Shown here: in pieces, positions 17,647 through 27,900 of the stretch
Numbering within the stretch: the first letter of the stretch is position 1
Layout: every line of letters begins with the position of its first letter
IMG/VR virus record: IMGVR_UViG_3300008961_000010
Coordinates: 1-31,958 of that record
Origin: a virus
Lineage: Duplodnaviria > Caudoviricetes
Strand: one strand, 5' to 3'
DNA length: 31,958 nt
The notes under the pieces: generated by a model
Seen by the model: the letters and a program-made list of their open reading frames with translations, nothing else
Databases searched by the model: none
Told to the model about the DNA's origin: nothing
Made by a program: the position numbers and the translations under genes

Positions 17647-20600
17647 TTATTCGCCTTGTAATTCAGATTGTGATAATTGTGTAATTATTTTTACATCATT
17701 TGATGTTGTGACTGCCATGAACACTTCGTTTAAGGCACAAGAGATACTCAATAGGTTTGTAAATTCATTTGAAGAATATTTAGGTGTAATCACTACACTC
17801 GAAATATAATCTCCTAGTTCCTTATGTAAGTAAGCCGCTAGTTCCGAGAAGTAGAACGTGTCTCCAAAATCCCAGTTATCAATTTTAAAATATTCATTCA
17901 CTTTTGTAGATACTGCGGTTTTTATTTCACTATCAGTATATCCGACGCCCAACTTCTTAATCACCTTGAATACTGCTTGGTTCTCTGACATAGCATATGA
18001 ACCAAATAAGTACTTAAATTCTACTGGGATATAAGCAACATGGTCTGCAATGGCTGCCTTAGGCTCAATTGTATTCATCAATTTTTTCAATTCATAATTG
18101 TTCGGCGGAACTGGAGTAGAAGTTGTGAAATCGTTTGCTATCCATTTTTCTACATTTCTAACATAATCAGAACTCAACACATACATATCAACGATGTTAC
18201 TTGTGCTAGGATTGATTCTCTTGTTTATATCAGCATAATGGTCCCATCTAAAACTTGTAAAGTCATCTTCAGCAAATGATATTCCTTCTTTTACTGCATA
18301 TGCAGTCCCATCATGGACAATAGTTTCTCCGCTACCACTAAAGTTTAAAGAGTCTGACCAAATTCCAGCGATTCGTTTGTACCACTTTGGAGGACTTTCA
18401 GTAGTGTTGTACCACAGTCCAGCAGTCAATGGAACTGAATTATCTGGAACTGGTGGAGTAGTAACACCAACTTGTGGTGCGGCAAATGCGTACTTTGATG
18501 CTCTATCATAATCTACTGTGCCTACTCTATAACTTTCAGTCACTAGTTTCTTTCCAGAAGTAATAGTGAATACTTCGTATGGATTTCCGCCTGTGCTTCC
18601 TGAAAACAATTTAACTTTAGTGTTATCTTTATATCCAGCCGGAGTGTAATAGTCATCGTATACATGTGATGACAATGTTTTGTATGTCGCACCTGTTTCT
18701 TTGGCGATAATCGCTAAGTCAAACGATGAAGAAACCCTCACTGAGAAGTCAGCAATATCTGACAAGTTTGCTGGCGCTCCAACAAACACGTCAATTAGGT
18801 CGCCAACTGAAACATCGTGTGTCCAGAAAATAATCTTATATGTGTTTCCTGATGTGTTTGTTATTGTTGTGTGTTCCGCATCAATAAAACTTCCAGTTAC
18901 AGTTCTAAGAAGAACGTTACTCGTTGTGAGTGTGGTAGAACTTACTAATGAAAATTCGCCATAAGCATATTGTTTGAATTTAATATCTTGGTCTAGTGTG
19001 TTTATGTTTAACTGGTTCTGATTGCCGGGTGTGCCTGGGTCTGTGTCTGCATGTTGAAATGGTAAAGTAAATGTATACTCTGTAGTTCCAGCGTCATATG
19101 ATGTCACTATTCCTGTGCCACTCTGTTCAATGCCATCTCCTTCATCAATAAACGAAAATTTACTACCAGCATTACTAAAATAAGTTGTTGATGGTTTTCC
19201 TTTAAAACCGAAGGTATTTAAATCAGCCGTACTGACTGTTGCAAAACTACTATCTGCGTTAGAATGTTCTTCATCGCCAGAGTAGTTGATAGTAATGTTT
19301 GTATTTGACAAATTAGTGTCTGTTGAGGCAGTTACTGCCTGGTCTAGGCCTATTTCTGAATCTAAAGATGTTACGGTAGTCAGGTCATCAATTCTTAAAG
19401 TAAGAGTATCAATTCCATCACCTGTTAGTTGGTCTGTTGCGTCACCAATAATCTTACCTGAATCTGAAGTGGGAGAATGTATGTTTGCTGTCGCTAATGG
19501 ATATTCAACTCCATCAGGCGACACAAGAGTATGTGACCACGACTGGTTGTCACCAACTGCGGGATTTGTATTAACGAAATTATATGTTTCTCTTGCACCA
19601 GTGTATTGATACACTGCCTTAAATTCTGCACCTGGGCCGGTAGTTGAGTCGGGCCAGTTAACTAAGCCTGTTATTGGTGCTTGCCCTACAGTCACTGATG
19701 AAGCAACTTCTGAATTGTCATATTCATTGGTAGTCGTGTCTGATAAGTAGTTTAGAAATATAGTGTCTCTCTGAGATAGATTCGTTTCGTTATCAACTAC
19801 ATTTGTGATGTTGCCATAGAAGAACTTGACTTGGTCTCTACTTTCAAATGCTACATTCTTGCCTGTGAATTCTGCTATATATTCTGATTCGTTGTCTCTA
19901 ATTCCAGAAGTATAGTTAAAGACTACATGTATCTCTGATGGCGCAGAACCTGTGTGAACTTGCCATTCCCATTGTTGTGGCTTTCCGGCTACTAATGCAT
20001 ACTTCAATGTAAACGTTGTTTCAGAAACGCTATCTACTTTAGCCTTTATTGCGGCGACTTCATCATCTGTGAATTTTGTTCTTACACCTCTTATAATTTT
20101 TATAATAGTTCCATCTGCTGGTATCGATTTGTTTATTGTGTAATTTGCAGAATTGTCACTAAGATTTTTTCCCACCGTTACAACTGTTGCGTATGTTGTT
20201 GTTTCTCCAACGCTCAGTTGAAATGTGTCGCCTTCAAATACCGTATTACCTATCGTAGAATTTATTACCATCGAATCGCTTGATGATGCCGTAAATGATT
20301 TTGCCACTGCGACATTTATACCAACAGCACTGTGATTTTTATAGTAAAATTGATTTAACAGGCCTGGATGTTTGATTGCTTTTGTGAGTTCGTTTCTTAT
20401 AAAATTATCACTTTTGCCTTGTTCTTTGTTATAACTTAAGGGAACTTTTACTACTTCGTCTTCGACAAATAAACTTCCGTCAGTGCCTGCTACACTTAAA
20501 TTTGAATGATGACCTAACACGTCATCCATTTCAAAGTAACGAGAGTTTCCTGCGAATGATGTATTAACTGATTTTAATTTTCTGACAACATTAGTACCAA

Positions 20601-21933
20601 GTGTTAATGGGTAAACATTATAATCTTGTGCGTTTACCATTCTATCTTGTGAGTAATAACTTCTTGGTGCAATTCTACGTACACTTGCGTATGTTTCACC
20701 AGAGTAGTTTTCAGTAAAGTCTCTAGTACTTGTTAGTGTAAATGTTAATCGATATATTCGGTTATCACTGCCAGTATATGGAACTGTGATTGCTACATTA
20801 TTAATATCATCTGCTTCTACAGAAAAGTTATCATTGTCTACTGTTCTGAACCATGTTCTGTATCCACCAGATGCGGCATTACCGAATACTCCATCTGGAT
20901 AAGTTAATTCTATTGAATTGTTGTCAGTTGAACTAACACTTACTATATCACCAGAACCTGTTCGTAACGCATTAAATATTGCAGTTTCACGACTCTGGTT
21001 GTCTACTTTAGAAACACTTGAAAGATATGATTTATTTGAATCAACTTTCGTAACCCAAACATCACTGTTTGATATATTTACTTCAGATATCTTTTGTCTT
21101 CTATTTGAGATTACTGATGTATAATTCTTGTCTTCGTACCCCAATTGTCCAGCGACCGCATAAACAAAGAAACCTGTTCTATCACTAGAAGAACCCAAAC
21201 CATCGTTTCTATTTACAAGTGTAAAGTTTTTAGAAAGATTTGGTTCATCTTCGTAAATTGTATCTGATGTCTGGTCTAAAACAACACGCACAGCCTCAAA
21301 GTTTCTAGTGGTACCTGCAATTGGTGTGTTAAATGAATAATTTATGTTTTTTGCACTTGAAGCCTCATTTATTTCATACAAAGAATAATCTATTTCATCG
21401 ACTGATAACGTAGATGCTGGATTTTGAATTTTTGTATTTCCAGCGAATGAAGAGTTTAAAATACTAATAAAGTTCTCATACCAGTCAGCATTGTTGCTGT
21501 CGTTCCAATTTATAGTTTTGCCTGCTAGAGATACTCCCTCGTTGTCTAAGACATCCTCGTTTGTTGAAACGCTTGAGATTTTCATAAATCCTTTTGCGTT
21601 AATTGGTCTAGTTTTATTATAACCCAGAGATTTAGCCATTTGAAGAATGCTGGCTCTACGTTCAGCAGTGTCCATAAAGTTTTCACGGGTATTCATATCT
21701 AGTCTGAATGATAGACTGTGTCCCATGTATGCAACTAAATCTAAGATTGCGATAAATTCAGAACTTGCTACGAAGTCATTAAATTTTTCAGGATAAGTTT
21801 GTGCTGTGTAATCTAATAAGGCAGTTCGGATAGTGTCGAAGTCATATGCTTTAAGACTGATATTTGAAAATGCAGTATATACTGCTGTCCAACTTTCACT
21901 TGCGAATAGATTGTCTGTACGTTCTTGGCTCAT
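17647..21933 (-). CDS. gp6: Baseplate wedge subunit, T4 gp6-like (1428 aa, extended)
   Basis: YDFDTIRTAL...FNDF..SSEFIAILDLVAY...ENFMDTAERRASILQMAKSLGY N-terminus; DGVFGN; APRSYYSQDRMVNAQDY; C-terminal WDFGDTFYFSEL. Downstream of gp25. Confidence 0.88.
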   Translation of the reverse strand: MSQERTDNLFASESWTAVYTAFSNISLKAYDFDTIRTALLDYTAQTYPEKFNDFVASSEFIAILDLVAYMGHSLSFRLDMNTRENFMDTAERRASILQMAKSLGYNKTRPINAKGFMKISSVSTNEDVLDNEGVSLAGKTINWNDSNNADWYENFISILNSSFAGNTKIQNPASTLSVDEIDYSLYEINEASSAKNINYSFNTPIAGTTRNFEAVRVVLDQTSDTIYEDEPNLSKNFTLVNRNDGLGSSSDRTGFFVYAVAGQLGYEDKNYTSVISNRRQKISEVNISNSDVWVTKVDSNKSYLSSVSKVDNQSRETAIFNALRTGSGDIVSVSSTDNNSIELTYPDGVFGNAASGGYRTWFRTVDNDNFSVEADDINNVAITVPYTGSDNRIYRLTFTLTSTRDFTENYSGETYASVRRIAPRSYYSQDRMVNAQDYNVYPLTLGTNVVRKLKSVNTSFAGNSRYFEMDDVLGHHSNLSVAGTDGSLFVEDEVVKVPLSYNKEQGKSDNFIRNELTKAIKHPGLLNQFYYKNHSAVGINVAVAKSFTASSSDSMVINSTIGNTVFEGDTFQLSVGETTTYATVVTVGKNLSDNSANYTINKSIPADGTIIKIIRGVRTKFTDDEVAAIKAKVDSVSETTFTLKYALVAGKPQQWEWQVHTGSAPSEIHVVFNYTSGIRDNESEYIAEFTGKNVAFESRDQVKFFYGNITNVVDNETNLSQRDTIFLNYLSDTTTNEYDNSEVASSVTVGQAPITGLVNWPDSTTGPGAEFKAVYQYTGARETYNFVNTNPAVGDNQSWSHTLVSPDGVEYPLATANIHSPTSDSGKIIGDATDQLTGDGIDTLTLRIDDLTTVTSLDSEIGLDQAVTASTDTNLSNTNITINYSGDEEHSNADSSFATVSTADLNTFGFKGKPSTTYFSNAGSKFSFIDEGDGIEQSGTGIVTSYDAGTTEYTFTLPFQHADTDPGTPGNQNQLNINTLDQDIKFKQYAYGEFSLVSSTTLTTSNVLLRTVTGSFIDAEHTTITNTSGNTYKIIFWTHDVSVGDLIDVFVGAPANLSDIADFSVRVSSSFDLAIIAKETGATYKTLSSHVYDDYYTPAGYKDNTKVKLFSGSTGGNPYEVFTITSGKKLVTESYRVGTVDYDRASKYAFAAPQVGVTTPPVPDNSVPLTAGLWYNTTESPPKWYKRIAGIWSDSLNFSGSGETIVHDGTAYAVKEGISFAEDDFTSFRWDHYADINKRINPSTSNIVDMYVLSSDYVRNVEKWIANDFTTSTPVPPNNYELKKLMNTIEPKAAIADHVAYIPVEFKYLFGSYAMSENQAVFKVIKKLGVGYTDSEIKTAVSTKVNEYFKIDNWDFGDTFYFSELAAYLHKELGDYISSVVITPKYSSNEFTNLLSISCALNEVFMAVTTSNDVKIITQLSQSELQGE

Positions 21934-21946
21934 AATTGTCTCTCTA

Positions 21947-22303
21947 TTATTCTCTATCTAAGTCTATACTTAATTCTACGGTTTCGTTTGATGGTAGAAT
22001 TTCAATTCTTAACATAGCGTTTATTGTGTGGTCCGAGTCTGTAACTTCACAACTAACATAGTTAACTCTCGGGTCATCATTTATAATATTTGTTAAATCT
22101 TCTTTAATTAAATCAGTTGTTTCTTCAGTTAATGGCTCGAATTTCATTTCATGGATAATCGACCCATAATTGGGCAACATCACACGTTCGCCTTTACGGG
22201 TCATGATATTATTCATGAGGTCTTCAATCACTAAGTCTTTGTCTTGTAACTCGTGATTTATTGCATTTATATTTTTGGTACTAAACCCTGCGAATGTTGC
22301 CAT
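21947..22303 (-). CDS. gp25: Baseplate wedge subunit / sheath initiator, T4 gp25-like
   Basis: TRKGERVMLPNYGS...FEPL...DPRV signature of the GPW/gp25 family; 118 aa. Confidence 0.93.
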   Translation of the reverse strand: MATFAGFSTKNINAINHELQDKDLVIEDLMNNIMTRKGERVMLPNYGSIIHEMKFEPLTEETTDLIKEDLTNIINDDPRVNYVSCEVTDSDHTINAMLRIEILPSNETVELSIDLDRE

Positions 22304-22335
22304 AACTTTTATTTTCTCTGTAGTTTATGTTACAT

Positions 22336-22367
22336 GTATTTATCTCCACATAATATTCGTAGTTTTT
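22336..22367 (-). promoter_or_regulatory. Late promoter GATAAATA (22344-22337) with conserved upstream element, driving gp25-gp6-wedge
   Basis: Minus strand AAAAACTACGAATATTATGTGGAGATAAATAC; 23/32 gapless identity with the element at 30602-30571. Confidence 0.7.
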
Positions 22368-22370
22368 ATG

Positions 22371-22410
22371 TTGACTTTTGGGTTTAATAATGTTATTATA
22401 CATATAAATA
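22371..22410 (+). promoter_or_regulatory. clpP promoters: sigma70-type TTGACT-N17-TATTAT with extended TG, followed by late-type TATAAATA
   Basis: TTGACT 22371-22376, TG 22391-22392, TATTAT 22394-22399, TATAAATA 22403-22410, SD AAGGA 22427-22431. Confidence 0.75.
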
Positions 22411-22440
22411 ATAGCAATAATACCACAAGGATAACATCTA

Positions 22441-23031
22441 ATGCCAAATTTAGTACCAATGGTCGTTGACCAATCAGCAAATGGAGAGCGTAGTTACGAT
22501 ATTTTCTCTCGTTTATTAAAAGAAAGAGTTATATTTTTGACTAGTGAGGTTAATGACTATCAGGCAGACTTGATTTGTGCCCAGTTATTATTCTTAGAAG
22601 CAGAGAATTCAGAAAAAGATATTCATTTCTATATCAATTCACCAGGTGGTGCAGTGACATCTGGCATGGCAATTTACGATACAATGCAGTTTATTACATC
22701 TCCAGTGTCAACTACTGTAATGGGTCAAGCATGTAGCATGGGTTCATTACTTGCTCAAGCAGGCGCTGAAGGTAAACGATATGTATTACCAAATAGTCGC
22801 ACAATGATTCATCAGCCAAGTGGCGGAGCAGGTGGACAAGCAACTGATATGGAAATTCAAGTTAAAGAAATTCTTAAGATGAAAGAAAGACTTACTGGAA
22901 TTTATGTATCACACAATACTGCCGGAAAGACATTTGAAGAGTTGACTGAAGCGATGGAGCGAGACAACTTTATGTCTGCTGAAGAGACTGTTGCGTTTGG
23001 ACTAGCAGATAAAGTTATAGATAAGCGTTAA
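22441..23031 (+). CDS. clpP: ATP-dependent Clp protease proteolytic subunit
   Basis: [31 protein letters not shown], catalytic Ser (ACSMGS), His (MIHQP) and Asp (ERDNFM) are all present. Confidence 0.97.
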   Translation: MPNLVPMVVDQSANGERSYDIFSRLLKERVIFLTSEVNDYQADLICAQLLFLEAENSEKDIHFYINSPGGAVTSGMAIYDTMQFITSPVSTTVMGQACSMGSLLAQAGAEGKRYVLPNSRTMIHQPSGGAGGQATDMEIQVKEILKMKERLTGIYVSHNTAGKTFEELTEAMERDNFMSAEETVAFGLADKVIDKR

Positions 23032-23660
23032 ACACCAGGAACATAACTGAACATTTGGGCAGTTTTCATCTTTCTTTGTGCCAGTTTATCATTTACTTTG
23101 CCATTCTTTTTTATATTACTTTGAATTTCATCTGTTACTGAATACCAGTCTTTTGCATTTATAAGTTTTATGATTGGGCTATTTTCTATCGCACTTACGC
23201 CTTCATAAAAAAAGTGATATAGTAACGCATCATAATGTGGTTGTGCAATCTTTACTTTAACGAATTTCTCTAGTACATTTCCAATATTTCTTAGTTGTTT
23301 CTCTAAAATAAACCGAGAGGCACCAAGTGTTATCTTGTTTGTTGATATATCTACACGAGTGGAAGCCACAGTAATATATCCATACTCTATTTCAGTATCT
23401 GAGATATTATAATTATATCCTATTACATTATTAACAATTGTAGTAGTTGGGGTGTTATCTAGTATAATCGCATCTTTGCTCACTGATGAAAATGTTAAAT
23501 CTTTCAAGTCACTAAGTTGAACCCGTATATGAGAAAGAATATAATTTGGATTTCCATTTTCGTGGTAATTTGTACCTAAAAATGTGCCAACATCTGTTAT
23601 AACATTTAATGGCATTTGTATATAATTTAGCAATGAGCCTTGTCTTTTATCGTATATCAT
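23028..23660 (-). CDS. Baseplate-associated GH24 lysozyme-fold protein, probably degenerate
   Basis: The C-terminal half follows the phage lysozyme pattern (IT...S.FILEKQL...[16 protein letters not shown]....[11 protein letters not shown].....KLAQRK..AQMF). The catalytic E-G segment is not recognisable. Downstream of the gp5-like gene. Confidence 0.65.
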   Translation of the reverse strand: MIYDKRQGSLLNYIQMPLNVITDVGTFLGTNYHENGNPNYILSHIRVQLSDLKDLTFSSVSKDAIILDNTPTTTIVNNVIGYNYNISDTEIEYGYITVASTRVDISTNKITLGASRFILEKQLRNIGNVLEKFVKVKIAQPHYDALLYHFFYEGVSAIENSPIIKLINAKDWYSVTDEIQSNIKKNGKVNDKLAQRKMKTAQMFSYVPGV

Positions 23661-23663
23661 GGT

Positions 23664-24917
23664 TTACTCCATATTCGCTTTACCGTCATCACTTGCTTTT
23701 GATATAGCAAATTCACTAGTTGTTAATTTATTAGCATGAGGTCTAATGAATGGCTCGTGTGTTGGCATCTCAGAAACTATTGTACCTTTAAGTTTTGTTG
23801 ATTCTAAGTTTTCATCGATATCTGATTTGTCAGTTAATATAATAAGTTCTGATTTTGGTGACTCCGGTCCATTTAGATGTAATAATCCCGCTGTGGTTAC
23901 TCTACAATCTACACCAACATTGATATTCATCATTGCTTCACTTTGTAAAAATTGGGTGCCTTTGCTTCGTAAATGCAATTCTTTGTCTGAGTTAATTTTT
24001 GTATTACCCTCGATACTGTGTATGTTGATGTTCTCTCCTGCTTCCAGATTTATATTCTTATCTGCTCTCAAATTAAAGTCTTTCTGCGTTCTCATATTCA
24101 ACGAGCCTTTCGCATATACCATAACTTCACCATTTGCTCCAATTTCTACCCATCCAGAGCCAGAACTATTGACTATGTAAATAAAGTCGTTTCCACCGTC
24201 TAACGTTACTGCCGCACCAGACGATGTTGTTATTTTTATTTGCTCAGGATGAATCGTACCATCATCTGCTACACTGCCATCATCTATAGAAATAGAACAT
24301 CCACCAGAAGACTTTATTCCTGTTACTTTGGAATGTTGTGTTGTTTCGTATCCACCATCTCTACGAGAACTTGAAGTGGTTGGTCCTCTTAGTTGGTCAG
24401 AGAATGTTCCTTGATTACCGAGAATTCTATTAAATGCTGAGTTTGGTAATTCTTCTCCATCTATTTCGGCATCTCCTTCGTTGGCGACATCTTTCAAAAC
24501 AGAAACGCCTTCATATGCACCTTCACCAATTCCAGAACCGTCAATATGTGGATTTCCTAAAACACCGCCAGCAACTACATCTACTGTATCTGATGCTGTC
24601 GCAAACCAATATGAGTCATCTAAGGAATTATTACCTGCAAAGAATACGAGAATTTCAGTACCAGTCTTATCAGGAACAGTAAAAACTGCTCCAGTTTTTG
24701 CATGTTTAAATATTCTAGGCCTATTGGGTGTCATACCCAGAGAAGGAATATAAGCGGCTACTCTGCCTTGTCCCATTGGGTCAATCAAAGATTCGCCAGT
24801 TGAAATGTCTGTGGTAATAACGATTGCTTTATAAATATTACCCAACTTTGCCAGAATAGGATTTGCATTAATTGACTTCTTATCATTTATATTCTGTGCT
24901 AATGTGTTGTCTGCCAT
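23664..24917 (-). CDS. Baseplate central spike, gp5/VgrG-like (OB-fold plus beta-helix repeats)
   Basis: DPMGQGRVAAYIP...VPDKTGTEILVFF...YW (gp5 OB-fold pattern); 8-residue periodic repeats (SLNMRTQK-DFNLRADK-NINLEAGE-NINIHSIE); LHLNG...PTHEPF. Confidence 0.8.
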   Translation of the reverse strand: MADNTLAQNINDKKSINANPILAKLGNIYKAIVITTDISTGESLIDPMGQGRVAAYIPSLGMTPNRPRIFKHAKTGAVFTVPDKTGTEILVFFAGNNSLDDSYWFATASDTVDVVAGGVLGNPHIDGSGIGEGAYEGVSVLKDVANEGDAEIDGEELPNSAFNRILGNQGTFSDQLRGPTTSSSRRDGGYETTQHSKVTGIKSSGGCSISIDDGSVADDGTIHPEQIKITTSSGAAVTLDGGNDFIYIVNSSGSGWVEIGANGEVMVYAKGSLNMRTQKDFNLRADKNINLEAGENINIHSIEGNTKINSDKELHLRSKGTQFLQSEAMMNINVGVDCRVTTAGLLHLNGPESPKSELIILTDKSDIDENLESTKLKGTIVSEMPTHEPFIRPHANKLTTSEFAISKASDDGKANME

Positions 24918-24936
24918 AGTTTAATTTCCTTACTTA

Positions 24937-27900
24937 TTATTTGTTTGAATCCAAATAAAATACAGTTCTTTTGCCTTCGGCTTTGTATCCATCTGGGAAT
25001 ATAGTAACAAAACTCGGGTCTGTCATGTCTCCGACTTCTACCGCAGGAAACAAATCTGCTATTTTTACTTTTAGTTTGTCAAAATCTGGATTTCTATAAT
25101 CTTGGTTCAATGTGTCTGAATATATTTCAAAGTATTTACTAGTGTTAGGAATTGTTATGCTTTCACCAGCGGCATCTATATATGTTAAATCTCCAATATT
25201 GTTCCAATTTTTTATAGTAAAATCACCATTTTCGACATCTGTGACATTAATTAATTCGCCATGGTTTTTACTAGTTATCAACTCGTACATTTTTCTAGCC
25301 TCGTTGTATTGAGATAGTTTATCACTATTCATCATAGCCCAATCAGTTGTAACACCAGCATTGTTTATCTTATCTCTTAAACTTCCTGGCATAATAATTT
25401 CAGTTGTGTCTAGTGGCAATGCTTGTTTAATCAAAAGAGGCTGTTTGGCTACTTCTATTGTTTCGTTTGCTTCTACTACTGTAACAAACTCTTTGACTCC
25501 CTCAACTTCTAATGTTCTTACCGCAGTTGTAGTTGTGTCTGACTGATTTAAGAATTTCTGTGCTATTTCATGTTCAACATCCTCTAGTGTTTTTAAATCA
25601 TCTTTTCTTTGTGAGTTATCAAAATAATAACCATCAAGATTTTTATTAAGTTCATCTGCCTCTGTTACTAAGGTATCTAATTCTGAGCCTAACTCTATAT
25701 TTCGTATTGCACCCGTCAAGTCTCCTCTAATTCCAGAGTTTGTGTAATTTTCAATAGAATTTATACCATTAACATAGCCCTTAACGTCTTCCCAATCCTT
25801 TTCTAGCATACTATCTATTCTTGTTGTAGTTGAGATTTTTTTTAACATAGCATCATTCATTGCCGTTCTGGATTCTTCATCCATTGTTAGATTTTTTTCT
25901 ATTAGTTCTTTATCTAACGCATCAGAACTTCTTTGATACCATTGTGCCGCTGCCGCCTCATCTATATCAGTATTTTCTAATATTGTATTAATTTCACCTG
26001 CTAACATATTAACATCATTTGCTTCGCCTATAGTTAATGTTTTTTCATTAATTTTTTTAAGTTCAAGTCTTCTCGTATCAGGATTAAATACTCTTTCGCT
26101 TGTTACTACCTCATCAACTTTTGCTTTAAACCAATGAGTATTTTTCCAGTCATTGTTTGAATTTGGATTATTGATTTGTTCAAGGTATTTCTTTTTTGTC
26201 CAGGTATATTCTGGCACACTAGATAGAACTTCTTTAACTTCTTCATTAACTAAAGATGTCGGAGTAGTTAATATATTATTACTAACAATTGCACCTTGAA
26301 TCTGATTATTGACTGAGCCGTATGTTCCTGCTTTAATTTCATCTAAGATAATATTTGGAGTTCTTTCTCCTGTGTATTTTTCTACCCATGTTTCCACATC
26401 TTCTCTGTCATGTCCTGTAATATCTAATGAACCTTGTGCAACCGCAACTTGATATGCTGCCACCTCTGGCCGTGTTAATATAAAGTCTGGATTAGTAAGA
26501 GGGTCAGCAAGAACATCATTAAGATATTCTTCAACCTTGAATCTAGCGGTTGCTGTTCCATAATCTTCAGAAGATAGGCCAGGAACAGTAGCAAGTAAAT
26601 TGTTTATAGACGCTCGTTGTTGGACACATGCATCGCTTCCTGGAGTTGCCTTGCATAGGTCTCCTAGTCTTTCTTGGTTAACAAGAAAATTATTAGCGGC
26701 TAGCATACGGGCAGAATTATCCGCTAGTGGATTATCGTGTCGTCCTAAAATTCCATTCGGGTTGTGTGCGTTCGCGGCAAGTGTGTCGTTCAAGTCTGCA
26801 TCATCGATTTGTGTGTTTACAACTGATGCCAAAGTGTCCTTGTCAACAAGAAATTTATCAACTGAGTTACCAAGTGAATTCCAAGACCTTTTCACTTTAT
26901 CTACAAATGTTTCTTCTGGTGGAAGTTCTGGAGATTCATACCTGTGTGCCTCATAATCCCATGACTTGTTTGCTTCCATATGGTTATGAAATGCCATATC
27001 TACCGCAAGTTGTTGGTCAGCAGAAAGAGGTACCTTTGTTTTTTCGCCGTCACCCAAATTGCCATATACCTCTATTTCTGTTCCACCGTTTCTAATTTTT
27101 GAACCGTCATCTGCCCATCCATCTTTGTCTCCAACCTCTTCAACTTCTTCTTCAATTGGAACATTAGGAAAAAACTCGGCTGATGGTTCTTTTACCATTG
27201 ACAGAGTTTGTGTGAATATGCCATTAGAAAAATCACTTACAATTGATTTCACTGCGTATAAACTTAAAATCATACTTTCGACAATTACGTTATCATAATT
27301 ATCCGTGCCTCTTGCTTTTCCGGATTCTATTACTACATATGGGAATCCATTTAACTGAGTACTGACCGGTGGGATTATAGTATTAGTTCCGCTATTTCCA
27401 AATAAATCTTTTTTCGTTTTGGCTGGCATATATCCTTCTATCCAAAATGGGTCACCCTTAATAGTCATGTCTGCATAAAACATACTCAATAGACCACTTT
27501 TTGCTTCGTAATATTTTTCTTGGGCGTTTTCAAATACATCTTTGTCCTTAGCGCCTTGGGATACGAGTTTTGCTTTATCATCTTTGTCTTTAAATATCTT
27601 TCGTTGGAATTTAATAGGATTTTGTGCTTGTGCTGTAAGAATTGTTCTGAAGTCATCATTAGACATCGTAGTAATATAGTCATCACCAAGTTCTTCTGCT
27701 AATATTATACCTTTTGTGCCTTCCTCTTCTCTAAGTCTTTTAAATAATTTCTCAGTTGCATCTTTATATCCGTCTATTTTGTCTCCTAGTACAAGAGTTG
27801 CGGCTGTATCTTGAATCTCTGTGTTTATTCGACCTTCTTCAGAACTTAGAAACTCGCTTGCCTCATCACGGGTTTCGCCTAGTTTTTTTATCTTTGTTCT

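Noticed and set aside
22441-23031. ClpP as the prohead maturation protease
   Set aside because: It is not next to portal or capsid genes, is antisense to the structural genes, and has the cellular ClpP N-terminus. A processing role is not excluded, but nothing here supports it.
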